Origin: Ostrea edulis
Taxonomy: Eukaryota
Reading direction: 5' to 3'
Assembly: GCF_947568905.1 (NCBI RefSeq)
Contig: NC_079165.1
Location: 105,772,001 to 105,836,000 of the forward strand
DNA: 64,000 nucleotides
Part shown: positions 38,138 through 48,185 of the stretch, in pieces
Numbering within the stretch: the stretch's first letter is position 1
How the letters are laid out: each line of letters starts with the position of its first letter
The notes under the pieces: model-generated
Databases searched by the model: none
What the model was told of the DNA's origin: nothing
The model's input: the letters and a program-made list of their open reading frames with translations, nothing else
Made by a program: the position numbers and the translations under genes

Positions 38138-39252
38138 CAGTAAAACACGCTTATAACGAACACTCGTAAAACGAAGTCATGTTTATTGCGAAGTAATATT
38201 CCCAAATGGGAGAAAAATTATGAAAATTTTATTGGATATAGCAAAATTTGGTTACAATGAACTGTTTTTCTCTGACCTTGGAGGTTGGTGAAAACTATGT
38301 TTAAATGTGTAATAAAGTTTGGTTATAATGGAACTGTGTTTCGCTGGCCTTGGAGTTTGGTCTTGTGCTCCTTTGTTAGCTGACCTGTTTCTATATTCGT
38401 ATGAAGCAGAATTTATTCAAAAACTTCTACGTGAGAAGAAAAAATCTCTCGATGTGGCCTTCAATTCAACATTTTGTTGACGTTTTGTCTATTAACAATA
38501 ATAACTTTCTTTCATATGTCGATTTGATATATCCCTGTGAGCACGAAATAAAGGACACCACAGAGTCGTCGACTTCTGCTTCATACTTAGATATTTTATT
38601 GAAAGTAGACATTAACGTCAAACTGACAACTCAACTGTATGACAAACGGGATGATTTCAGCTTCTCCATCGTTAACTTCCCATATTTATGTAGCAATATT
38701 CCATTATCACCTGCATATGGTGTTTATATATCTCAACTGATTCGATATGCAAGAGCTTGTTCTGCGTATAGTCAGTTTTTAAATCGAGGTAAGCTACTGA
38801 ACAAGTTGATGGTACAGGGGTTTCAACAGTCTCGATTGAAGTCAGCATTTCGCAAATTCTATGGTCGTTATAACGATCTAGTTCGTCAATACAACCTATC
38901 ATTGGGTCAAATGCTGTCTGACGTGTTTCATACCGATTGTTAAGCCATTCTTGGCACACTGATTTTGACTGCGGATAACTCCGTTTACCTGATCAGGATA
39001 TAGGGCTCACGGCGGGTGTGACCGGTCAACAGGGGATGCTTACTCCTCCTAGGCGCCTGATCCCACCTCTGGTGTGTCTAGGGGTCCGTGTTTGCCCAAC
39101 TATCTATTTTGTATTGCTTATAGGAGTTATATGAAATTGATCACTGTTCGTTATCTTCACCTTGCATATAACCATGTTTTACTGTGTAATGAAGTTTGGT
39201 TATTATGAACTGTTTTTCGCTGGCCTTGGAGGTTGGTCATATTAACTGTACT
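38138..39252. mobile_element. Tc1/mariner-like MITE (tacagtaaaacacg...) hosting a Penelope insertion
   Basis: Starts tacagtaaaacacgcttataacg; internal ~70-bp repeats (ggccttggaggttggt) resume after the insertion at 38362-39165. Confidence 0.5.
38362..39165 (+). mobile_element. 5'-truncated Penelope-like retroelement (Naiad-type): RT C-terminus plus 3' UTR, frameshifted
   Basis: CAPLLADLFLYSYEAEFIQKLL then frameshift at the YIDD motif, continuing DVLSINN...IYP.E.EIKDTT...SYLD...LYDKRDDFSFSIVNFP.L.SNIP...AYGVYISQLIRYARACS; stop at 38943 with no downstream GIY-YIG domain. Confidence 0.9.
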
Positions 39253-39939
39253 CTGAAGTATTGAATGATAGGAAATTGTGTCTCATCTGAATAAACTACA
39301 GAAATTTGAAACCACAGTTGACCCAATTATACAAGGGTCATTACTCTTTGCGTAAAATTTCTTGTAGGAAGACAGCTCCCTATTGTGCTCAGCTGCGCGA
39401 GATGTTATAACTGTGTAGCCTGTAGGTACTAGTTTTATTGGCCAAATGTATCGGTGGCGGACCTGTGGGTGTTGCAACCTCCTCCCCTATGGTTGAGCAT
39501 TTTACTCAAAAGATCTCTTTAAATAATTATTGACGTATTCCATTCTGAAGTATGGTGTGCATTAATTGGATTGTTGGTAGCTGAATGGATGCATGCAATA
39601 AATGAATCCGGGAACTGAAGTGATCGAGTTATCTTATCTTAGCACCGTGAGAGGTCGCTACAGGAACATGCGGTCCCGAGCACGAATCAGCTAGCACCGC
39701 TGTACCTAAGCAGTATCACTCTGTATTCTGAAAGATATAGGATCTTAAGTGGTAATCACAAACAATGGTGGCTAATTTTGATTCAATGACTCTTCCTGAA
39801 CTACGATGGGAACTAGAAAAGAAATTGGGATTAAAAAGGGAGAGCTTGTAGAGAGGTCGTAATATTGTACCAAGTTACGTCGTTTTGAGTTTTCGATTCA
39901 TCAAATCAATATGCAGTGATTGAATGACTTGCTCTCTTG

Positions 39940-40665
39940 AAATGAATTAATTAATGATATCAACAATTGAATTGTTGCGTGCTATAATTCAGTTGGAGGG
40001 AGCAGTATTTCTCTCTCTCTCTCTCTCTCTCTTTTTTAATGCATGGATCAATTCAATTATAATGCGCATAATAATTGAATTATAATTGCTCTCTTCAATC
40101 GAAATAATTATGTCATTAATTAAATTTATGTATGCTATAATTCTTTTAAACAAACCAGTTATTTTAATTAAAGTTATTTATAGCTTCAACATATTCACGA
40201 CTGAATTAATCATCTCTTTAATTGAATTGTAGCTGCAGAACTGTAGCTCTCTGAAAAAAAAAAATATTGGGACTGATCCGTCCCAATTAATATTTTTTCA
40301 GAGAGCTACAGTTCTGAAGCTAGTTGAATTGGTGCTCTTTTTAAAAGCGCATTATTTAATTTATTTTACAATATCTTCAGTTGAATTCATCCGATCATTT
40401 TTACCGAGCTGTGAGTTAATTTCTGCGACCAACACTGATTCACGAATCAGAGCAATGATAGTATTGATGCGCGCATCAGCTGATGAGCAATATGATTGAT
40501 TTGAGGAGCACACAAATTTTAAAAATTGTTAAACCATTAATCACCGTTCGTAGGTTCAATTAATGTGCGCGTCAATTCAACTGATGAGAGCAATAATTAA
40601 TTTGAGGCGCGCAATAATTGAATTAATGAAGCCTTGAAATAATCAATGATATCCTCAATTACTTG
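39940..40665. mobile_element. Degenerate 'GCGCGC' family MITE fragment
   Basis: Same aattgaattg/gcgcgc/gagagc motifs as 42469-43297; no clear termini. Confidence 0.55.
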
Positions 40666-40734
40666 GGTTTGTATTATTTCAAAACAACACACAACTTGAC
40701 TCACACACCCCTCAAAACCATTGCACATTTACCG

Positions 40735-40959
40735 GTAAGCAACCACGCAATAAGTTGGCAGTAGTAGTCAGCAGTAGTGGTCACCTTATATTTATGTCTA
40801 AGTATGTTGGAGAGGATCATTTAGTTGCAGGAACTTGTATCCAATCCATTTGTATGTATTGTAAAATAAGATATGTTCAATTGGTCACTTGTAAGCAGTT
40901 GGTTTTCGTATATGAAGTTGCACAACACTGCGGTCAGACAAAGTTGCGTGGTTGCTTAC
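40735..40959. mobile_element. Small MITE with 16-bp TIR
   Basis: gtaagcaaccacgcaa ... ttgcgtggttgcttac, perfect 16-bp inverted repeat; no TSD recognised. Confidence 0.6.
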
Positions 40960-41413
40960 TTCCTCATCTACGTCATCAGCTGAATCGATGAGCTTCAAAA
41001 ATAATATCAGACAGTCCGAGGAGGGGATTAAGCCCCCCCCCCCCTTTCTGCATAGAGACTAGATTTTCAAAGATTATGAATCGGGGTTGATACTGACAAA
41101 CTATATTTCTATTGCAATTTACATAAAATAGATTCAACATAACAGAATATTCTAGATAATTCTTTTTATTGATTTCACGTGGTTTTAGCATCTATTTTGA
41201 ATTATTATGAAATTAGTATTGAACTTGTAATATGACATAAGGATCCGTCAAAATTATTGTTGCAATGTTATCCTTACTTTAACTCCAGTGACGTAAAACT
41301 TTGTAAATGTATATACGTAATAGAATTTCCTACAATACAAATACACGATGAAGTTGAATTTCATGTGAACATTTATCGCATATAAATCAAGATTTTTGCA
41401 TATGAATATCCAC

Positions 41414-41481
41414 CTTCGCAAGCCAAGTGACCGCGATTCGCTTACTCTCGAGAAAGTGAATCGGGCACTTGGCTTGCGAAG
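41414..41481. other. 68-nt GC-rich hairpin
   Basis: cttcgcaagccaagtg / cacttggcttgcgaag perfect 16-bp arms plus inner cgattcgctt / aagtgaatcg stem. Confidence 0.85.
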
Positions 41482-42089
41482 ACGTTTAAGGTTAGATCGA
41501 ATATAAATCAAGATTTGTATGATATTGGGCTCAAGTATCCTGATATATTATGTTTGTATCGAATAAAAGTATCTGGGACCGGGACCGAAGACCGGGTTTT
41601 AGTCACGGGACCGAGACCGAAGACCGGGACCGAGACCGGGTTTTAGTCAGTACCGATATTGTGCAACGTTTTACACGACACACTATGGGTAACCCTCTCA
41701 AAAATTTTCCAAAGTTTTATCATTTGTGTCATGCTTGCTACATGAGAAGTTTTTAGCATTTGACAATTTATGTATATAGTAAAACTATCAAGTTTGGTAG
41801 ATACACATATTGTTAATGATAGTGAAATTCACCCCCAGTCTCATCCCTTGTGAGCAAGAAATATTTCATAGATGTTTTCTCTTTCTACATTCATTCACTT
41901 ACCCCTTTCTATTGTCTATTGTTTTATACTTTGACCATCATTTCTAATACTGCAATGATTTCTTAAATGCGTGAAAGGTATAGTCATTTCAAATATATTT
42001 TCAAACCTAGATTGAAAATTCTATATTTTCATGACTGTTTAAATTAATTCAGCATTGCGCATAAAAAAAAAGATTCGTTTAAACATTTC

Positions 42090-44086
42090 ATGGGGCATTT
42101 CCTTCCATTTATTCCTCTTTAAAGATAGCTCATACATTTTATAAGATATCTTCTAAAGTTTATGAGATACCTTACATGTAATATTATATCCTATATAAGA
42201 TATCTTATAAAAATATGACCTATCTTATATTTTTTTCTCTATAAGATGTCTTATAAAACATATAAGATATAAAATTCATTTGTGAGATAATTCAAGGGCA
42301 GATCCAGAAGGGTGGGTGGGTGTCCGGACCAAAAAAATTAAGTTATTCAATTTTAACGGGACTTTCAGTCAAAATGATATGAAAAGTGGATACTTACATG
42401 TAATTGCATCGTTTAAATTTATCAACACCAGTATATCATTTAATTCTACGATCAATAAGACGAAACACTATGGAGCGCCAAATTAATATAAACTAAAATA
42501 ATTGCGCGTGCTCTCGTCAAATGAATTAATGCGCGCTTCGATTCAGTTATTGCTCTCATCAACTGAATTAATGCGGCGCGCATCAATTGAATTATTGAGA
42601 GCAATAATTGATTTGATGAGCGCTTTAATTCAATTATTGCTCTCTTCAATTCAATTTATGAGAGCATCAATTGCGTAGAAATAATGCTCGCAATAATTAA
42701 TTTAGAGCTCGGTATAAATAATGTGATGATCTCTTTAATTCAATTGAAGATATCTTTAATTATTTACAATGCTTTTGTATAACGAATTAATGCGCGCATC
42801 AATTCTTTTAAAGAGAGCAACAATTCAATTAAAGAGATCATTAATTCAATTGTGGATATGTTGAATTGAAGATATCTTTAATTATATAGTTGCTCTCTCT
42901 CTAAAAGAATTATTGCTCTCTTCAAATGAATTAAAGATATCATTAATTCAATTGAAGAGAGCAATAATTGAATTAAAGCGCGCATTAAATCAATTATTGC
43001 TCTCATCAAATGAATTAATGTGCGCATTATATCAATTATTGCTCAATTCAATTGTTGATCTCATTAATTCATTTGAAGAGATCATTAATTCAATTAAAGC
43101 GCACATCAATTCAGCTGAAGAATTAATACTATCATCAATTCAATTAATGCGCGCAATTATTCAGAAGTGAAGATATCATGAATTATTTGAAGAGATCCTT
43201 AATTAAATTGTTGCGCGCATTAAATTGATTGATGCTATCTTCAAATAATTGAAGATATCTTCAATTATTTGAGTTTATGTTAATATGGCGCTCCATGAAA
43301 CACTGACTGATATATATTTACGATATTTTCGTCAGATGCAAGAATCACTTTAAAAGTCGGAATTCTTAAATAGTATAAGTAACATAAAGGTTTTGTTTAA
43401 GAAGCAGACAATCTAAAAGTGAAAAAGAAGTGCCAGGAAATGCTCAGAATGCAGGATGCAGGAGTTTACACAGGAGTAACCTTTAATCAGCTTGCTTTAC
43501 TATTATATCTTATTGTATGTCACATGTACATGTGGGGTATGTATGAGTGTATCTATATGTATATGTACGTGTGTGTATGTATATATATTTAGACATGTAT
43601 AAGAACTGTTTGTACTTGGTGTATTATCATATATCTCATGTTGTTTACATGTAAATGTGATTGTATGCCAACGTGTTTGGTGAATCAATAAATTGAATTG
43701 AATTAAATTATTTAAAATCAGACCTGAGTATACATTGTAGCGATAACAATGATTAGAACTTGGGAAACAAGCAGTAAACAAACAAAGCATTTTCATGTAT
43801 AAACTGTCTCAAGATCCCATTGTATAATAAGCAAAAGGTGTAAATGGGGTGGGAGTTGAGATTGTGGAAAGTAGTTAAAAGATCAAGTGCTAGACCCCCC
43901 CCCCTTTCACAAATTTTTGGATCCGCCTATGGATATCTTATGAAAAATACATGATATCTTATATATTTTATGAGATATCTTATAAACTGTAAATTATAAT
44001 ATCTTATCAAAATAGAAGATATCTCATAAATTATACAGTGTATAAGATATCTTTATAGAGGAATAAATATAAATATGTCGTGCCTT
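42090..44086. mobile_element. Degenerate 'GATATC' family MITE containing nested insertions
   Basis: Left catttattcctctttaaagatag and right gatatctttatagaggaataaatat are inverted sub-terminal matches; agatatcttat arrays at 42120-42280 and 43930-44060. Confidence 0.65.
42469..43297. mobile_element. Complete 'GCGCGC' family IS3EU-like MITE
   Basis: TIR tatggagcgccaaattaatataaac / gtttatgttaatatggcgctccatg; 6-bp TSD aaacac (alternatively an 8-bp gaaacact if the ends are ATGG..CCAT). Confidence 0.85.
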
Positions 44087-44308
44087 GAAAGTCAACCCAG
44101 TTTAATTTAAAAGCGAAACTTCTACTGTCACTCTTGTGAAGCAACGGCTGTAGTTCAGTAAAGACACGTCCTGATCGTTTTTGCACAATTTTCAAGAGCT
44201 TGTAATATTATATGTACGACTTGTCTAATGCTTGCGACCGGAAGTGGACTCATGGCGATTTGGCGTAGGTTTTAGATTTTGTGAACACTTTTGTGCAATT
44301 AAAAAGAG

Positions 44309-45946
44309 ATGGATCTAGAATGCACTGAAAATGTAGAAGAAAAAGGTGAAATGGAAACGGGTATACAAATATATGAAGAACTCGAAATGAAAGTCGAAGA
44401 GTATGACCCATCATTTGCAGATGATTATGTTGACCAACATGTGGACGTTGAAGAACAAAAGCCGTCGCCTCAGACAGTACCAAATGAAGTAAAAAAACGA
44501 CTGAGTAAAAGTCGCAGGCCACTTTATTCGAGAGGTCAGTTGACAATGGGTCAGAAACGGGAAATGTGTATTTTCAAGGAAGCAAATCCAAAATGCACCA
44601 TGAGACAAATCCAGGAACACTTTCAAGAAAAGTGGAATCGTCATATTGGACACTCCACGGTGCATGACATTTTGAAATTTAAATCCAAATATTTAACTCT
44701 TCCAAAGTTGAGAGAAAACTGCAGAAGAATCAGGAAAACTAGAAACTTTGAAATGGAAGAAAAACTTTACAAATGGATTGTAGAGAATAATATGCGTGGT
44801 GTAGAAATGACAAATAATACAATCAAAGAAAAAGCGCAGTCTTTAGGGGAAGAATTTGCAGTGGATGAAACGTTTTCGTATTCAAATGGATGGCTGCATT
44901 GTTTCAAAATACGATATGGCCTCAACAAGAGAAAAGTACCCACGGAGTTAAGTCCAGTTGTGGTAGGGTCACAGGTTGATTTCATTAATCAGTTACATTC
45001 AGAACTGAAATTTTATGACTTAAATGAAGTTTACTGTGTTGAGGAGCTGAAGCTTATTTATAACTTGAAGCCATATCAGGAAACCTCCACCATGGCCAGT
45101 GTTGTAGTTGGATTGTGTTCAAATGCAAATGGATCCAACAAATTAAAGCCTTTTGTCTTCACAAAGCCATCAAATGCAAAGTTTCTTGCAGAAAGGTTTC
45201 AGCCTGATAATTATGCATGGTTCAAAATTATCCATGACAAGCAATCAAATCCCTTTTCAGATTGGATTACTGATTTTGATGAACAGTTAAGTATGAGCAA
45301 AAAGAAAGTTCTTCTTTTACTTAAATTTTCTCTCCAGCATGAGGAAATAGAGAGTGGTCTTCGAAGCATAAAACTTATGTATCTTCCTCAAGGTGTAGAT
45401 GAAGTGAGTATGAACAATCCTTTTGATGCAGGGCTACTTGATGAATTTAAGTCTAGATACAGAGGCAGTAGTCTTCATCACTTTCTAGAACAGCATTCAA
45501 AAGGTGAGGAGGAAAATCTAGGGTTGAGAGATGCCCTAAGATACATTTACAATTCCTGGACCTCAATTCCACCTCAGACAATACTGAAGTACTGGCAGCA
45601 GTGTAAGCTGTTGTCATCTGTCGAAGTGTTGAACATTCCAACCAATGCAGGGGAGAATATAGAAGATTCTGCACAACTCTTGATGCGAAAAATTGAGGGG
45701 GGAAATAAAATGCCCATCGAACAATACCTAAGATTTGAAGAGATAAATTACAAGACATTGAATGATAAGGATTCTGAAAATAGAGGAGGAAATGTTGACG
45801 TATCCAGTGAGTGTCCCACCATTTCTTGTGCAGAAGCCAGGGAGGGACTTTTGAAATGTATCAGATTCACAGAACAAACTGAAAATGCTACGCAGAAGTT
45901 ACAAACAATGTGGAACATGATGAAATGGTTGGATAATCAGCAATGA
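44309..45946 (+). CDS. Domesticated pogo/Tigger transposase-derived protein (CENP-B/TIGD/Jerky-like), 545 aa, intronless
   Basis: CENP-B-type HTH (LTMGQKREMC...IGHSTVHDILK), second HTH (MEEKLYKWI...IKEKAQSL...FSYSNGWLHCFKIRYGL), DDE_1-like region with degenerate catalytic motifs; ccggaagtg upstream at ~44238; AATAAA at ~46004; no TIRs seen. Confidence 0.85.
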   Translation: MDLECTENVEEKGEMETGIQIYEELEMKVEEYDPSFADDYVDQHVDVEEQKPSPQTVPNEVKKRLSKSRRPLYSRGQLTMGQKREMCIFKEANPKCTMRQIQEHFQEKWNRHIGHSTVHDILKFKSKYLTLPKLRENCRRIRKTRNFEMEEKLYKWIVENNMRGVEMTNNTIKEKAQSLGEEFAVDETFSYSNGWLHCFKIRYGLNKRKVPTELSPVVVGSQVDFINQLHSELKFYDLNEVYCVEELKLIYNLKPYQETSTMASVVVGLCSNANGSNKLKPFVFTKPSNAKFLAERFQPDNYAWFKIIHDKQSNPFSDWITDFDEQLSMSKKKVLLLLKFSLQHEEIESGLRSIKLMYLPQGVDEVSMNNPFDAGLLDEFKSRYRGSSLHHFLEQHSKGEEENLGLRDALRYIYNSWTSIPPQTILKYWQQCKLLSSVEVLNIPTNAGENIEDSAQLLMRKIEGGNKMPIEQYLRFEEINYKTLNDKDSENRGGNVDVSSECPTISCAEAREGLLKCIRFTEQTENATQKLQTMWNMMKWLDNQQ

Positions 45947-46149
45947 ATGAACTTCCAAATACAATGAGCATTCTTGTAAATAGATGTATGTTACATTCCT
46001 GTAAATAAACTTATATTTTCTTTGTTCTTTCTCCTGAACTTTCTAAATACTGGTTTATAATTCTATGAAAAACTTTGAACCCCCCATACCTTGACCCCAG
46101 AGTTCATGGTGTGATCTACTTTACATTGGCACCAGTACTGTCACCTTAG

Positions 46150-46500
46150 TGTGTAGAGCATTTGACCATTGCATGAGCTGGTCTCGAAATCATGACCTCC
46201 CAGACAAGTCCCACTTGCCCACTCGTAAGATGACCGTGTCAAATCTAAGACATGAACATAGGTCAGTGATTGCTCTTTTGCTAAATGTTCGGCATTGAAA
46301 AGTGAGGTTTGCAGGTCTTTCAGATATGACCTGAATGCAAGTCCCTGATTAGTCCCATCTCAATGCAGAAGTTGATATTAACTATTTTAACGAATCCTCA
46401 CTGATACAGCTCTGAGCGCATAGGTCTAAATTTGTGGTACTTCTTCACATACAGATGGTAACGTTTCAATATGAGTGAAAATTTTTGAAGGGATGTAAAA
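46150..46500 (+). mobile_element. Degenerate tRNA-derived SINE
   Basis: A-box-like tagagcatttg, B-box-like ggtctcgaaatc, 3' atatgagtgaaaatttt; related to 54360-54597. Confidence 0.5.
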
Positions 46501-47139
46501 TAATTCACATTTGGTATATATCCAGGGGTCCATGTTTGTCCTCTCAATTTTGTATTCTTTTTAGGATTTACAAGATTGATCATTGTCTGTTATCGTCATT
46601 TGTTTATATGACTTCCTCTTCTCATAAAAATCTTCAAAAAATTTTCAATGTGAAGATGGTAACATAAAAAGACAAATCTTTAAATAGGACTGAATCAATA
46701 CAGAAGTGTCCCACAGAGGAAGTTTGGAGTCGCACTGCAGTAATATGTGTAGGGTCATACAGATGTCATCTCCAGTACATGTACAACCAAGGATAGGAAT
46801 TAAGGGAAAAGATAAAATCTCTTGCCGAGAACATCGACACAGTTTTTTGTTATCAGTTAAAAACTTTTCCAACCGCCAAAAAACTGTCAAAGTTCTCTGC
46901 TTCTATCGCATGTAGAACTACCATTTTATTATAAATTTGTTCTTGAGAAAATCCTTCAAATGTTGATATAAGTTTTTTTTACAATTCTTTATTGATAAAG
47001 GTGTTTATTCATTTGAATTTTCCTGTGTTGACTTTCGTCAGGATCTTTGACATCATTTTCTGGGTAATAAGTCATGCCAAAGTCACGTGATTCGTGATAT
47101 TTGTGTAGCAATATTCCATTATCAAAACTGTATAAAATG

Positions 47140-47655
47140 TCTGACAAGTCTACCACTGTACAAAGTGCTTGGTGATTATATCGCTTCAGAAATGTAAAGT
47201 GAATAGAATTTATTAATCTCATATGTACAAAATGAGTCAACCATGGTACAAAATGTCTAATGAGTGTATTGCTGTACAAAATGTCTAATGAGTCTACCAA
47301 CTACCGCTGTACAAAATTTCTAGTGAGGCTACCAACTACCACTGTACAAAATGTCTAATGAGTCTACCAACTACCGCTGTACAAAATTTCTAGTGAGGCT
47401 ACCAATGTACAAAATGTCTGATGAGTCTACCACTGTACAAAATGTCTGGCGAGTTTACTGCTGTACAAAATATCTGATGAGTCTCTACCACGGTACAAAA
47501 TGTCTGATGAGTCTCTACCACTGTACAAAATGTCTGACGAGTCTCTACCACGGTACAAAATGTCTGATGAGTCTCTACCATGGTACAAAATGTCTGATGA
47601 GTCTCTACCGTGGTACAAAATGTCTGATGAGTACCGCTGTATGAAATGTCACACA
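47140..47655. repeat. ~30-bp tandem array, degenerate 5' and homogeneous 3'
   Basis: Unit tgtctgatgagtctctaccacggtacaaaa; 33/27-bp variants upstream; contains repeated CTGATGAG. Confidence 0.9.
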
Positions 47656-47734
47656 GGTCGTGAGCCTTGCATCTTAATCAGGTAAATGGAGTAATATATA
47701 TATCTGAAATTACTATTTATCTATGAGTTACTTC

Positions 47735-47915
47735 ATTCATCTGATCAAGATAGAGGGCTCATGAAGGGTTTGCCTAGTCAACAGGGAATGCTTACTCCTT
47801 CTAGGTACCTGATCCCACCTCTGGTATATCCAGAGGTTCATGTACATTTTCCCAACTCTGAATTTTGTATTCTTTATGGAAATTATGAGATTGACCACTG
47901 TTTGTTATCTTCACT
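47735..47915 (+). mobile_element. Naiad-type Penelope 3' tail fragment
   Basis: ctgatcaagatagagggctc...tgcttactccttctaggtacctgatcccacctctgg...tgttatcttcactt matches 38985-39160. Shorter copies at ~23520-23555, ~46505-46605, ~50900-50940, ~51412-51442. Confidence 0.8.
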
Positions 47916-48185
47916 TTTAATTATCACAGTGTTTAGCTATGTAAATTAACACAGTAATTAGGTCTGAAATCAACTCAGTATTTAGATCTAACATTAACAC
48001 AGTATTCAAATCTAAAATTAAAAACTGTGTGTAGATCTGTAATAATTATTACTGGGAATAAATCTGTAATCAACACTATAGATCTGTAATTAATACTGTT
48101 TATAAATCTGTAATTAAGACAGTGGGTATTTATTTAATTATCACACAGTGTGGAGATTTGTACAGGTATTGAACACAGCTAGTGT

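Noticed and set aside
38672-38959. 95-aa minus-strand ORF
   Set aside because: Antisense shadow of the Penelope RT.
39620-39760. GC-richer island resembling a structured ncRNA
   Set aside because: No tRNA, snRNA or snoRNA boxes and no convincing stem found by eye.
41575-41652. gaccg-rich short repeats
   Set aside because: Looks like a sub-terminal repeat remnant of a common MITE; no termini or TSD to support a call.
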